This document shows, one piece after another, positions 9,160 through 19,478 of a stretch of 64,000 bases of DNA; within the stretch, counting starts at the first letter, position 1, and every line of letters starts with the position of its first letter. The position numbers were made by a program, and so were the translations under genes. The notes beneath the pieces were generated by a model. That model searched no databases. It had not been told where the DNA came from and saw only the letters and a program-made list of their open reading frames with translations. The DNA comes from an uncultured Gemmatimonadaceae bacterium (lineage in GTDB: Bacteria > Gemmatimonadota > Gemmatimonadetes > Gemmatimonadales > Gemmatimonadaceae): the NCBI GenBank assembly GCA_963822945.1, contig CAWGJO010000020.1, positions 160,001 to 224,000 on the forward strand, read 5' to 3'.

Positions 9160-10737
9160 TCATTTCGGACGCGTCGTCCGGTTGGCCACGGTCAGGCCCA
9201 CGTCCATGATCAGACCGTCCACGAGCGCCATCTTCACGTAGCTGATCTTGTCGGGCGAGTCGGTGACTTTGTGGTAGTCGGCGTGCAGACCCGTGGTGAA
9301 GAAGAGCACGGGAATTCCCTTGCGCGCGTAGTTGTAGTGGTCGCTCCGGTAGTAGAACCGCTCGGGATCGTTCGGGGAGTCGTACGACCGGTTGAATTGG
9401 AACGGCTGCGACGCGGATGCGTTCACCGAATCCAGGATCGCCCCCAGCACGCGACTCTGACCGCCGGGCGCCGAGCCGGGACCGATGACGTACAACTCGC
9501 GGGGCGCGTTACGGCCCACCATGTCGGCGTTCAGCTGGGCGACGATCGAATCGATCGGCACCGTGGGATGGTCCGTGAACCAGGTGGAGCCGAGGAGGCC
9601 CTTCTCCTCACCCGTATGCCAGACGAAGAGCAGCGAGCGGCGGTGGGGCTGCGCGCGAACGGCGCGGGCGATCGCCAGCATCGACACGCTCCCCGAGCCG
9701 TCGTCGTCGGCCCCGTTGGCGATCGAATCGGGCGACATCCCCGACTGAATGCCGATGTGATCGAGGTGCGCCCCGAACGCGACGTAGCTCTCGCGGAGCG
9801 CCGGATCGCCGCCGCGTGATACGGCCACCACGTTGTATCCCGTCACCGGCACCGTGCGCGTGTCGACGTGCGCGGTGAACGTGGCGTGCAGATCCTGCGG
9901 GTGGTCGTCCGCCGGCCAATCGCGGGGCAACATCGGAGATCCCGGCGTGGCCAGGCCGAGAAGGATCAACGGGAACACGCGCATCTTGTCGGTGGGCTCC
10001 GGCGCGCCGCTGCGAATCGAGACCGCCCGCAGCAGCCCGGGGCCGGCCTGGTCGAACAGCTCGCGGGTCTCCGGGGTCATGAGGATCACGACCGCGGCCG
10101 GACGCGACGGCAGGACGGCCTGCACGAGCAGCTGCAGGGCAGCCTGCGAGTTGTACGTCGCGCGGGTGGCCGAGTCCGCGCCCGGGGGGGCGCCGTGCAC
10201 GATCACGAGCACCTTCCCCTGCACGTCGAGCCCGGCGAGGTCGTGCCGCCCCAGCGCCGCGTCGTCGATCCCGTACGCGCCGAACACCAGATCGCCGCTC
10301 GCCTGCAGCCGGGCGAAGGCGCCGGGCCCCAGCGTCGTCAGGGGCAGGAGATCGGCGCCGAGCCGGAGCGGCGTGACGGCGCCGTCACGCTCCACGGTGA
10401 ATCGCGTGGAGGCCAGGATGTCGTGCCGCGCCAGCGGCACGCGCTGATAGAAGCCGCTGTCGCCGGCCGGCTCGAGCCCCAGCACTGCCAGACGCCGCGC
10501 GATGAAAACGGCGGCTCGTGTGGCATCGGGCGTCCCCGTCTCGCGACCGCGCATCGAGTCGTCGGCGAACGCGTACAGGTCGCGCCGCAATTCCGCCGGC
10601 GTGATGGTCGTCGATCGCGACGCCACGCCGTCGGAACGTGCGGCGGCCGGCGCCTCGGCACCCGGCGGCGCGACGCCACTTGTTCCCGAGGCGCACGCCG
10701 CGGTGACCAGTGCAAGCGCGAACGACCATGGCCGCAT
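9160..10737 (-). CDS. M28 family peptidase with PA domain, probable lipoprotein
   Basis: AHLDH, NGADDDGSG, HTGEEKGLLGS, RSDHYNY, DYHKVTD; TAAC lipobox. Confidence 0.9.
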   Translation of the reverse strand: MRPWSFALALVTAACASGTSGVAPPGAEAPAAARSDGVASRSTTITPAELRRDLYAFADDSMRGRETGTPDATRAAVFIARRLAVLGLEPAGDSGFYQRVPLARHDILASTRFTVERDGAVTPLRLGADLLPLTTLGPGAFARLQASGDLVFGAYGIDDAALGRHDLAGLDVQGKVLVIVHGAPPGADSATRATYNSQAALQLLVQAVLPSRPAAVVILMTPETRELFDQAGPGLLRAVSIRSGAPEPTDKMRVFPLILLGLATPGSPMLPRDWPADDHPQDLHATFTAHVDTRTVPVTGYNVVAVSRGGDPALRESYVAFGAHLDHIGIQSGMSPDSIANGADDDGSGSVSMLAIARAVRAQPHRRSLLFVWHTGEEKGLLGSTWFTDHPTVPIDSIVAQLNADMVGRNAPRELYVIGPGSAPGGQSRVLGAILDSVNASASQPFQFNRSYDSPNDPERFYYRSDHYNYARKGIPVLFFTTGLHADYHKVTDSPDKISYVKMALVDGLIMDVGLTVANRTTRPK

Positions 10738-10756
10738 GATTATCTCCGAGTCGGGG

Positions 10757-10781
10757 GGAACAGGCGGAGCGCCGGGGCGTA
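10757..10781 (+). promoter_or_regulatory. ECF-sigma-type promoter GGAAC-N16-CGTA
   Basis: GGAAC aggcggagcgccgggg CGTA upstream of the GT2 gene. Confidence 0.6.
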
Positions 10782-10928
10782 GCAATTCACACACCCTACA
10801 GTGGCGCCGCCATGCCGGTCAAGCGGCGCTGCCGTCGCGGTGGTGCGGGTCGGATCGCCCGCACCCCTTCCCGCTCCACTCCGGCCGTCTAGGTTACCCT
10901 GGACTTCACCTTCATCCGCCAACGATCC

Positions 10929-11669
10929 GTGCTCTACGTCTGCATCCCGGCGTTCAACGAAGCCCCGACCATCGGCCTCCTGCTCTGGCGCATCCGGAAG
11001 GTGTTCCAGCAGTACTCGCGCGAGCATGAGGTGGTGGTGTTCAACGACGGCAGCACCGACGACACCGTCGAGGTGCTGAAGCCGTACCACGACGTCCTGC
11101 CGCTCACGGTCATGGGTGGCCGGGAGCACGTGGGCTACGCCGCGGCGCTCGATGCATTGGCGCGCACCGTGTCGCGCCGCACGCGGTATCCGCGCCGCGA
11201 CGCGATGATCACGCTGCAAGCCGATTTCACCGACCCGCCGGACCACCTGCCCGAATTGGTGAAGCGCTTCGAAGGTGGCGCCGATCTGGTAGTCGCCGAG
11301 CGGTCGCCGGCCATTCTGCCCACACCGGCCCGGCGGCTGCGCCGCGTCGCGCCGTGGATTCTTCGCCCCTTTCCGACCGTCCCCGGTGTCACCGATCCGT
11401 TCGGCTCCCTGCGGCTGTATCGCATCGCCCTGATCCGCGATCTGCTCGCCGAGGCCGGCGACACGCCCATCGTGCAGGCGGAGGGGTGGGGCGCGAACGC
11501 CGAGTTCCTGGTGCGGGCCGCGCAGTTCGCCCGGCGCGTCGAGACCGTGGCGCTCGACGCCCGCTACGACCTGCGGCCGCGCGAGAGCCGGGTCCGTCCC
11601 TGGAACGACGCCCTCAGCCTGTACCGCACGGCGCGGACGCTGCGCGCGCGGGGGCCGGCCCCGTCGTGA
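10929..11669 (+). CDS. Glycosyltransferase family 2 (polyprenol-phosphate glycosyltransferase-like)
   Basis: CIPAFNE, VFNDGSTD, TLQADF. Confidence 0.85.
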   Translation: MLYVCIPAFNEAPTIGLLLWRIRKVFQQYSREHEVVVFNDGSTDDTVEVLKPYHDVLPLTVMGGREHVGYAAALDALARTVSRRTRYPRRDAMITLQADFTDPPDHLPELVKRFEGGADLVVAERSPAILPTPARRLRRVAPWILRPFPTVPGVTDPFGSLRLYRIALIRDLLAEAGDTPIVQAEGWGANAEFLVRAAQFARRVETVALDARYDLRPRESRVRPWNDALSLYRTARTLRARGPAPS

Positions 11670-12487
11670 TGCAGGTGGCGCGCCGAATTGCCGTCGCCCT
11701 CGCGACGCTCGGCGCGCTTGCCGGCAGCGACGGGGTCCCGCCTGCCGGCCCCACCGCCGACCCGACGCTCCGCGTTCCGCCAATCCCCGCCGTCACGCCG
11801 GTCGGGGTGCACGATTCGGCCGGACCGGCCGATACCCACGTGCCGTTCCGCGTCGGCGAGCGCCTGGACTACGACGTGATGTTCGGCCCGCTCCTCGTCG
11901 GCACCGGCAGCTTGCAGGTGGATCCCATGGACACGGTGCGCGGGATGCGTGCGTGGCACACGACCTTCACGGTCAAGGGCGGGACGTTCTTCTATCAGGT
12001 GGACGACCGTCTCGAGAGCTGGTTCGCCCCGCGCGGCCTCTTCGCACTTCGCTTCCGCGAATCGCTCCGCGAAGGCGGACACAACCGCGACCATCAGTTC
12101 GAGATCTTCCCCGAACGGAAACGCTTTTCCGAAGACGGGGGACCGCTGGAGCCATCGGTGGCTGCACCGCTCGACGACGGTTCCTTCCTGTACTTCGTGC
12201 GGACCATCCCCCTCGTGGTCGGGCACGAGTACGCGTTCTATCGGTACTTCCGTCCCAACCGGAACCCGGTCCGGCTCGCCGTGCTGCGCCGCGAACGTAT
12301 CACCGTCCCCGCAGGAACCTTCAACGCCATCGTCGTCCGGCCAACCATCATGACCGGCGGCATCTTCTCCGAAAACGGACAGGCCGAGGTCTGGCTCTCG
12401 GACGATTCCAGCCGCATGATGCTGCAGATGAAATCGAAGCTCTCGTTCGGGTCGCTCGATCTGTATCTTCGTAAGTACAGCAAGTAG
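11669..12487 (+). CDS. Secreted DUF3108-like protein
   Basis: Signal-like N-terminus; PFRVGERLDY, ITVPAGTF, VWLSDD..R motifs. Confidence 0.75.
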   Translation: MQVARRIAVALATLGALAGSDGVPPAGPTADPTLRVPPIPAVTPVGVHDSAGPADTHVPFRVGERLDYDVMFGPLLVGTGSLQVDPMDTVRGMRAWHTTFTVKGGTFFYQVDDRLESWFAPRGLFALRFRESLREGGHNRDHQFEIFPERKRFSEDGGPLEPSVAAPLDDGSFLYFVRTIPLVVGHEYAFYRYFRPNRNPVRLAVLRRERITVPAGTFNAIVVRPTIMTGGIFSENGQAEVWLSDDSSRMMLQMKSKLSFGSLDLYLRKYSK

Positions 12488-12552
12488 GCGGGTGCGCCGG
12501 CAGCCCGGTTCGTGGCCGGCATCGCCACACGCCGAGCGAGATCCCAACCGAG

Positions 12553-12584
12553 CCGACCTACCGACCTACCGACCTACCGTCTTC
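12553..12584 (+). repeat. 8-bp tandem repeat (CCGACCTA)x3 plus a degenerate fourth unit
   Basis: ccgaccta ccgaccta ccgaccta ccgtcttc directly before ATG 12588. Confidence 0.8.
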
Positions 12585-12587
12585 TTC

Positions 12588-13556
12588 ATGGAATACGACG
12601 AAGCCAACCTGCGCGACATCCGCACCGTGCCCGTGGCGCGCCGTCCGAACAAGGTGCGCGCCGAAGAGTTCGCGCATCCGCCGGGCGACGAGCGCTCGTT
12701 TCGCGCATTTCTCGACGCGCTTCCCGACGTACTCGTGGCCCGCGACTTCAAGCGCGTGGTCCACGCCATTGCCGAGGCCAAGCGGCGCGACCGCGGCGTG
12801 GTACTCATGCTCGGCGGCCACGTGGTCAAGACGGGCCTCGCTCCGCTGCTCATCGACCTCATGCGCCGCGGTATCGCCACGCACGTGGCGATGAACGGAT
12901 CGGCCGCCATCCACGACTACGAGATCGCCCGCTTCGGCGCCACGTCGGAAGACGTCGCCGCCGGCCTCGCGAACGGCACCTTCGGCATGGCCGACGAGAC
13001 GGGCCGCGGCATGAACGAGGCATTCATCCACGGCCGGGAACGCGGCATGGGCATGGGTGAGGCATTGGCCGACGCGCTCGAGGGCGAGCCCGACCTCGCA
13101 CATCCCGAGCTGAGCATCGTGCTCAACGCGCACCGGCTCGGGGTGCCCGCCACGGTGCACGCTGCCATCGGTGCCGAGATCATTCACCAGCATCCGGCAG
13201 CCGACGGCGCCGCCGTCGGCGACACGAGTCACCGCGATTTCCGGCGTCTCGCCGCGTCGCTCCTCCGCCTCGATGACGGCGGCGTCGTACTCAATCTGGG
13301 CAGCGCCGTCATCATGCCGGAAGTCTTCCTGAAGGCCCTGACCATCGCCCGCAATCTGCACGACGGCAGACCCCAGGGATTCGTGAGCTGCGACCTCGAC
13401 ATGCAGCGGCACTACCGTCCGCGCGTCAACGTCGTGCAGCGGCCGACGCTCCAGAGCGGCGCGGGCTACGAGATCACGGGACACCACGAGATCATGGTGC
13501 CGCTGCTGGTCTGGGCGGTGGTGGACGAACTCGACCGCTCGACTGCGACCGGCTGA
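12588..13556 (+). CDS. Deoxyhypusine-synthase-like NAD-binding protein of unknown function
   Basis: LGGHVVK.G, MNGSAAIHDYE, LNLGSAVIMPEVFLKAL, ITGHHEIM. Confidence 0.7.
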   Translation: MEYDEANLRDIRTVPVARRPNKVRAEEFAHPPGDERSFRAFLDALPDVLVARDFKRVVHAIAEAKRRDRGVVLMLGGHVVKTGLAPLLIDLMRRGIATHVAMNGSAAIHDYEIARFGATSEDVAAGLANGTFGMADETGRGMNEAFIHGRERGMGMGEALADALEGEPDLAHPELSIVLNAHRLGVPATVHAAIGAEIIHQHPAADGAAVGDTSHRDFRRLAASLLRLDDGGVVLNLGSAVIMPEVFLKALTIARNLHDGRPQGFVSCDLDMQRHYRPRVNVVQRPTLQSGAGYEITGHHEIMVPLLVWAVVDELDRSTATG

Positions 13557-13598
13557 GCGGCTGATCCGGCAGCGGCAGGGATCGCGCCCACCTACAAC

Positions 13599-13636
13599 GA
13601 CGGCGGACGCAGCGATACTCCGCTACGTCCGCCGTC
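13599..13636. terminator. Long hairpin between convergent genes
   Basis: gacggcggacgcagcg / cgctacgtccgccgtc inverted repeat; no clear U-tract. Confidence 0.5.
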
Positions 13637-13677
13637 TACTACGCGCTGCGCGATTCCGGGCGCGCCGCGCGTTTCGC

Positions 13678-13905
13678 CTACGCCGCTGAGCTCCCCGACC
13701 AACGTTCGCGCAACTTGCGCGCCGTTCCGGGACTGACGATGCGAATGACCAGGTACAGCCCGGCGCCGATCACGGCGATCCAGATGGCCTTGATCAGCAG
13801 CCACGCCAGCAACCCGAACAACACACCGAACAGCCCGAAGGCGAGCTTCAATACGAACAGCCCCGCCAGCGCGAACAGCCCAACCATGAAAATCGTTCGA
13901 AGCAT
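13678..13905 (-). CDS. Small hydrophobic membrane protein (75 aa)
   Basis: AAGGGGGA RBS; long hydrophobic stretch followed by a basic amphipathic tail. Confidence 0.75.
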   Translation of the reverse strand: MLRTIFMVGLFALAGLFVLKLAFGLFGVLFGLLAWLLIKAIWIAVIGAGLYLVIRIVSPGTARKLRERWSGSSAA

Positions 13906-13998
13906 CGACCCATCCCCCTTGGCACCACGCCCGCCGGGCGCCGATAAACCATAACACTCCAGACGCCGTCCTTGCCACCAGCGTCTTCCTGCCTCCCG

Positions 13999-14023
13999 TA
14001 CGCAGTGCGACAGGGCGAGTTTC
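13999..14023 (-). promoter_or_regulatory. ECF-sigma-type promoter GAAAC-N16-CGTA
   Basis: Minus strand GAAAC tcgccctgtcgcactg CGTA upstream of the 75-aa membrane protein. Confidence 0.65.
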
Positions 14024-14140
14024 GCGGGCCGGCCAGACAGCGGGTAACCGGTTAAATTGAGACTTGCGAGTTATGGATTCCTACCGCTCCTGCGAGCCAC
14101 GCTCTAGATTCAGCGGCGCACTTCAACCTCTACGGATCCA

Positions 14141-15049
14141 ATGGGCGAAGCCCTTTACCAGATAATGGGTAGACACCGTGCCGAACCGCTTCCGGCACGA
14201 AAGCCGTCGTGGCTCAAGGTTCGGGCCCCGGGCGGCGGGAACTACCTGAATCTGAAACATCTGATGCGCGATCTCGACCTCCACACCGTGTGTGAGGAGG
14301 CCCACTGCCCGAACGTCGGGGAGTGCTGGGAGCATGGGGCCGCCACCTTCATGATTCTCGGCGACGTGTGCACCCGGAACTGCGCGTACTGCGCCGTCGC
14401 CCATGGGCGTCCGCCCAAGTACGATCCCAGCGAGCCGGAGCGCGTTGCACGGGCCGCGGTGGAGATGAAGCTGCGCCACGTGGTGCTCACGTCGGTGGAC
14501 CGCGACGACCTCCCCGACTTCGGTGCCTGGGCATTCGCCGAGACCATTCGACTGATCAAGGCGGCCAGCCCCGACACCTCCGTTGAAGTGCTCGTTCCCG
14601 ACTTCCAGGGCAACGAGGACTCCATCCGCACGGTGCTGGAAGCGAGTCCGGACATCTACAACCACAACACCGAAACGGTGCCGCGCCTCTACAAGCGTTG
14701 CCGCCCCGGCGGCCGCTACGCCCGGGTGATGGAGATCTTCCGGACCTCCAAGCGGCTGGCACCGCACATCCCGACCAAGACGGGCATCATCCTCGGCATG
14801 GGCGAGACGCTCGAGGAAGTGGAAGCCGTGATGCAGGACCTGCGCGAGGTGGACGTCGACATCCTCACGCTGGGGCAGTACCTACGGCCCTCCGACGGGC
14901 ATATTCCGCTCGATCGCTACGTGACGCCCGAGGAGTTCCGCCGGCTGCGCGACGCCGGCATGGCCATGGGCTTCCGCCATGTGGAGTCCGGCCCGCTGGT
15001 TCGATCGAGTTATCACGCCTGGGAACAGGTTCAGGCGGCCGGAGTCTGA
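14141..15049 (+). CDS. lipA: Lipoyl synthase
   Basis: CEEAHCPNVGEC, CTRNCAYC, GPLVRSSYHA. Confidence 0.97.
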   Translation: MGEALYQIMGRHRAEPLPARKPSWLKVRAPGGGNYLNLKHLMRDLDLHTVCEEAHCPNVGECWEHGAATFMILGDVCTRNCAYCAVAHGRPPKYDPSEPERVARAAVEMKLRHVVLTSVDRDDLPDFGAWAFAETIRLIKAASPDTSVEVLVPDFQGNEDSIRTVLEASPDIYNHNTETVPRLYKRCRPGGRYARVMEIFRTSKRLAPHIPTKTGIILGMGETLEEVEAVMQDLREVDVDILTLGQYLRPSDGHIPLDRYVTPEEFRRLRDAGMAMGFRHVESGPLVRSSYHAWEQVQAAGV

Positions 15050-15127
15050 AGCCATACGAGTATCCCCCCGAAAACGCGTTTTTCAGTTCATACTCATAAG
15101 ATCATCCGATCTCACAGTCTGAGTCCA

Positions 15128-16147
15128 ATGGCTACCAAGAAGAAAACCGAGTCGAAATCCGACGCCGCGCTGCATCAGGAACTGCTCCAGAGCATGCTCC
15201 TTCAACGCCGCTTCGAAGAGCGGGCCGCCGAGGCCTACGCGCTCGGGAAGATCGGCGGCTTCTGCCATCTGTACGTCGGCCAGGAGGCGGTGAGCACCGG
15301 CACCCAGTCGGTCCTGCGCCCCGACGACTACGTGATCACCACCTATCGCGACCACGGCCAGGCACTCGTCCGCGGCATCACTCCGCGCGCCGTGATGGCC
15401 GAGCTGTTCGGGCGCGTGGACGGGTGCGTGCACGGCAAGGGCGGCTCGATGCACATGTTCGACAAGGGCCTGAACTTCCTCGGCGGCCACGGCATCGTGG
15501 GCGGGCACATCCCGATCGCCACCGGCGTGGGTTTCGCCATCAAGTACCGGGGCGGCGATCAGGTGTGCGTCTGCTTCATGGGCGAGGCGGCCGTGAACGG
15601 CGGCGCGTTCCACGAGTCGCTGAACATGGCCGGCCTCTGGAAGCTGCCGGTGGTGTACGTGATCGAGAACAACCGCTACGGCATGGGCACCGCCATCGAA
15701 CGCGCCTCGTCGATCAAGGACCTCTACAAGCGCGGCGCGTCGTACAACATTGCCGACGACACGGTGGACGGCCAGGACGTGCTCGCCGTGCGCCGGACCA
15801 TGGCCCAGGCCGTCGAGCGCGCACGCAGCGACCAGACGGCCTCGCTCATCGAAGTCCAGACGTATCGCTACGTCGGCCATTCGATGTCGGACGCCGCCAG
15901 CGGCACGTACCGCACCAAGGCGGAACTCGAGGAATACGAGAAGCGGGACCCCATCAACCTCTTCCGCGCCGTGATGCAGAAGGAAGGCAGTCTCACCGAC
16001 GCCGACTTCGAGAAGATGGACGAAGACACGAAGGCGGTGATCCAGGACGCCTGGGACTTCGCGGACAACAGCCCCGAACCGCCCATCGAAGCGCTGTACG
16101 AGCACGTCCTCGCCGAGAGCGAGTCCGACGTCATGGTGGAGGCCTGA
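15128..16147 (+). CDS. pdhA: Pyruvate dehydrogenase E1 alpha
   Basis: [38 protein letters not shown]. Confidence 0.95.
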   Translation: MATKKKTESKSDAALHQELLQSMLLQRRFEERAAEAYALGKIGGFCHLYVGQEAVSTGTQSVLRPDDYVITTYRDHGQALVRGITPRAVMAELFGRVDGCVHGKGGSMHMFDKGLNFLGGHGIVGGHIPIATGVGFAIKYRGGDQVCVCFMGEAAVNGGAFHESLNMAGLWKLPVVYVIENNRYGMGTAIERASSIKDLYKRGASYNIADDTVDGQDVLAVRRTMAQAVERARSDQTASLIEVQTYRYVGHSMSDAASGTYRTKAELEEYEKRDPINLFRAVMQKEGSLTDADFEKMDEDTKAVIQDAWDFADNSPEPPIEALYEHVLAESESDVMVEA

Positions 16148-16151
16148 GCCG

Positions 16152-17133
16152 ATGCCCATCATCACGTATCGCGACGCACTGCACGACGCACTGCAGGAGG
16201 AGATGCAGCGGGACGACCGCGTGTTCCTGATCGGCGAGGAAGTGGGCGTCTACAACGGCGCGTACAAGGTCTCCAAGGGACTGCTCGAGGAATTCGGCGA
16301 GATGCGCGTGGTCGATACGCCGATCACCGAACTCGGGATTCGCCGGCCTCGGCGTGGGCTCGGCCATGGTCGGTCTCCGCCCGATCGTGGAGTTCATGAC
16401 CTGGAACTTCGCCCTCCTCGCGCTCGACCAGGTGGTGAACGTCGCCGCCAAGATGCTCTACATGTCCGGCGGCCAGTTCAACATCCCCATCGTGTTCCGC
16501 GGACCGAATGGCGCGGCGCTCCAACTCGCCGCCCAGCATTCGCAGGCGTGGGAGTCGTGGCTCGCCCACATTCCGGGGCTCAAGGTCATCGCGCCCGGCA
16601 CTCCGTACGACGCCAAGGGCATGCTCAAGAGCGCGATTCGCGACGAGAACCCGGTGTGCGTGCTCGAAGGCGAGATGCTCTACAACATCAAGGGCGAGGT
16701 GCCGGACGGCGAGTATCTGGTGCCGCTCGGCAAGGCCGACCTGAAGCGCGAGGGCGAGCACTGCTCGATCATCACCAGCGGCAAGATGGTGCACGTGGCC
16801 CTCCAGGCCGCCGAACGCCTTGCCAAGGACGGCATCAACGTGGACGTGGTCGACCTCCGGACCGTGCGCCCGATGGACGTCGAGGCGATCGGGGAGTCGG
16901 TGAAGAAGACCAATCGGGCCGTCGTGCTCGAGGAAGGGTGGGAGATTGCGGGCATCGGCGCGCAGGTGGTGGATTACATCCAGCGCGATTGCTTCGACTA
17001 CCTGGACGCCCCCGTGATTCGGGTGCACCAGGCCGACGTGCCGATGCCCTACGCGAAGAATCTCGAAAAGGCGGCCAAGCCCGACGCGGCCAAGACCATC
17101 GCCGCCGTCCGGAAGGTCATGTATCTCGACTGA
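16152..17133 (+). CDS. pdhB: Pyruvate dehydrogenase E1 beta, +1 frameshift near 16338 (probable assembly error)
   Basis: [12 protein letters not shown]...DTPITELG, then [20 protein letters not shown] in the next frame. Confidence 0.92.
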
Positions 17134-17185
17134 GTGGTCGGGGGCGGCAGCCCCCGATCCGAGCATCCCATTACCTGGTGTAGTC

Positions 17186-18457
17186 ATGGCAACGAAAGTC
17201 TTCATGGAAGCGCTCTCTCCCACCATGGAGGAGGGACGCCTCGTCAAATGGCTGAAGAACGAAGGCGACGCCGTGAAGAGCGGCGACGCGCTGGCCGAGG
17301 TCGAAACCGACAAGGCGATCATGGAACTGGTCGCGCGCGGCGACGGCATCCTCCGCAAGCGCCTGGCGCAGGAGGGCGACGCGCGGCCGGTGGGGTCGCT
17401 GGTCGGCGTGATCGCGGCCGCGGACGAGAACATCGATGCTCTGATCGCGGGAGCGGCGACTCCCGCCGCACCAGCTCCGGCACCAGTCGCCGCCGCGTCG
17501 ACGGCTCCGCCCGCCGCGCCCGCTACGCCGCCCGCCCCGGCCGCGCCGAGCGCAGCGCCCGCGCCCGCCACGGCGCCGGCGCCCACCGGCGACGGCACTG
17601 CCCCGCGGTCCTCACCGCTCGCCCGCCGGCTGGCGCGCGAGAACGGCCTCGACCTGGGCATCATCCAGGGGTCGGGCCCCGCGGGACGGATCATCAAGCG
17701 CGACGTCGACGCCGCCCTCGCGGGCGGGGCCGCGCGCCCCGCCGTCTCCGCGGGCGTGCCGGCCAGCCGGGAGGGCGACTACCGCGACGTCGCGCTCACC
17801 CAGATCCGCAAGACCATCGCCAAGCGCCTGGCCGAGTCCATCGGCCCCGTGCCGACGTTCTATCTCACCGCCGAGTTCGATCTCGAGCGCGTGGCCGAGA
17901 TGCGGGCCGCCATGGCCCAGATGGGCGACGCCTTCAAGGTCTCGTTCAACGACATCATCCTCAAAGCCGTGGCCACCGGCCTGGCCCAGCATCCCGAGTG
18001 CAATGCCCACTGGATGGGCGACCGCATCCGCTATTTCAACCGCGTGCACGTGGGCATGGCGGTCGCCATCGAGGACGGCCTGATCACGCCGGTGATCTTC
18101 GACGCCGACCGCAAGTCGCTGCGCGAGATCGCGGCCGAGTCGCGCGACCTCGCCAAGCGGGCGCGCGACCGGAAGCTCCAGCCGCAGGAGTACACCGGGT
18201 CCACGTTCTCGGTGTCGAACCTCGGCATGTTCGGCATCGATCAGTTCACCGCGATCATCAATCCGCCCGAAGCGGGGATCCTGGCGGTGGGTGCGGTGGA
18301 GGAGAAGCCGGTCGCGGTCGACGGCCAACTGCAGGTGCGCAAGCGCTTGCGGGTGACCATGAGCTGCGACCACCGCGTGATCGACGGCGCCACCGGCGCG
18401 AAGTTCCTGCAGACGCTGCGGCGGATGTTGGAGAACCCGCTGATGCTGGTGTACTGA
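17186..18457 (+). CDS. pdhC: Pyruvate dehydrogenase E2 dihydrolipoamide acetyltransferase
   Basis: Lipoyl domain VETDKA, SPLARRLA E3-binding domain, catalytic DHRVIDG. Confidence 0.95.
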   Translation: MATKVFMEALSPTMEEGRLVKWLKNEGDAVKSGDALAEVETDKAIMELVARGDGILRKRLAQEGDARPVGSLVGVIAAADENIDALIAGAATPAAPAPAPVAAASTAPPAAPATPPAPAAPSAAPAPATAPAPTGDGTAPRSSPLARRLARENGLDLGIIQGSGPAGRIIKRDVDAALAGGAARPAVSAGVPASREGDYRDVALTQIRKTIAKRLAESIGPVPTFYLTAEFDLERVAEMRAAMAQMGDAFKVSFNDIILKAVATGLAQHPECNAHWMGDRIRYFNRVHVGMAVAIEDGLITPVIFDADRKSLREIAAESRDLAKRARDRKLQPQEYTGSTFSVSNLGMFGIDQFTAIINPPEAGILAVGAVEEKPVAVDGQLQVRKRLRVTMSCDHRVIDGATGAKFLQTLRRMLENPLMLVY

Positions 18458-18461
18458 AGAC

Positions 18462-18496
18462 GAGGGGTGAAGCGACGCACCGCCGCTTCACCTCTC
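18462..18496. terminator. Hairpin between convergent genes
   Basis: gaggggtgaagcg / cgcttcacctctc. Confidence 0.55.
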
Positions 18497-18509
18497 ATGC
18501 TTTCACCCG

Positions 18510-19319
18510 TCACCCTCCGCCCTTCTTCTTGTTGGCCGGTGGCGGCTCCCGCGTCCAGATCACGATCGCTCCGCACGACTGGGCCTGCGCCGTCTGCAGT
18601 TCGACGGGGACCGTGGAGATGGACGTGTACACCTCCAACGCCTCGACGTCGTCGGGTGAGAAGTCGTCCAGATTGCCCGAGTAGTTCATGCTGTGGACGA
18701 ACATCTGCGGCACGCAGGGCCGCGCCCGCACGAACTGATTGGCGAACACCACGCGCGTGCCCAGACGCGTCCGTTGGATCTCGACGCCCGGCACGCGCCG
18801 CAGCAGGTCCGTCATCGACCGGACCTGGGACCGGACGATCTCCTGTCGCGTGAAGTAGACGCCCGAATCGTGGGCGCGGCGCCGCTCGAACGTGCTGAGC
18901 CACGGATGGGCCACCGTGTCGACGATGTTCTGCCGCGGCAGTTCGAATGCCACCGGCGAGAGCTCCAGCGTGACCCGTTCGATCCGTCCGGCCCGGAGCC
19001 TCGCGGTGAACGTTGCCGGCGCGTAGCCCAGGCGACGCACGGCCAACTGCACCAGGCCAACGGGGATGCTGTCGAACACGAACGTTCCGGAATCGTCCGA
19101 TACCGCCCGCCGGACGCGTGCCGGAAGCAGCTCGACGGTGGCGCCGGAAATCCGGGCGTTGACGCTGTCCACCACGCGGCCCACGAGCCGGGTGGTGCGT
19201 GCCGAATCCTGCGCGCGGCACTCTCCGCGGCCCGCCGATAGCAGCACCGGCACCATCGCCGCGACCACCCACCGCGGCCGCCATCCCCGGACCCTGACGC
19301 GCGCTACCGTTGCCGCCAT
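18510..19319 (-). CDS. Secreted protein with carboxypeptidase-regulatory-like domain and TonB-receptor plug-like domain, no barrel
   Basis: GRVVDS...GATVEL...SDDSGTF...RRLGY; DLLRRVPGV...DVEALEVY...CGAIVIWT; GGAGG RBS. Confidence 0.75.
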   Translation of the reverse strand: MAATVARVRVRGWRPRWVVAAMVPVLLSAGRGECRAQDSARTTRLVGRVVDSVNARISGATVELLPARVRRAVSDDSGTFVFDSIPVGLVQLAVRRLGYAPATFTARLRAGRIERVTLELSPVAFELPRQNIVDTVAHPWLSTFERRRAHDSGVYFTRQEIVRSQVRSMTDLLRRVPGVEIQRTRLGTRVVFANQFVRARPCVPQMFVHSMNYSGNLDDFSPDDVEALEVYTSISTVPVELQTAQAQSCGAIVIWTREPPPANKKKGGG

Positions 19320-19478
19320 GAGCAAACGCCTCCTCCCTGTACCCTATCGCGGGCCCAAATCGGCGGCAAGCAAGGGGTTGGTAAGTATCCTGGCGGTAGC
19401 CCCTCGGGGCGCCAACTCTGTATCTTGTGTCGGCAGGTCCGTTCCTCGACCCTCGCTCCCCTTTTCCGAATCACGAAC

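Noticed and set aside
13592..13978. 128-aa minus-strand ORF
   Set aside because: Overlaps the better-supported 75-aa membrane protein in another frame and has atypical composition
15056..15085. Additional ECF-like site between lipA and pdhA
   Set aside because: AAAC-to-CGTA spacing is 19 nt and it points antisense into lipA
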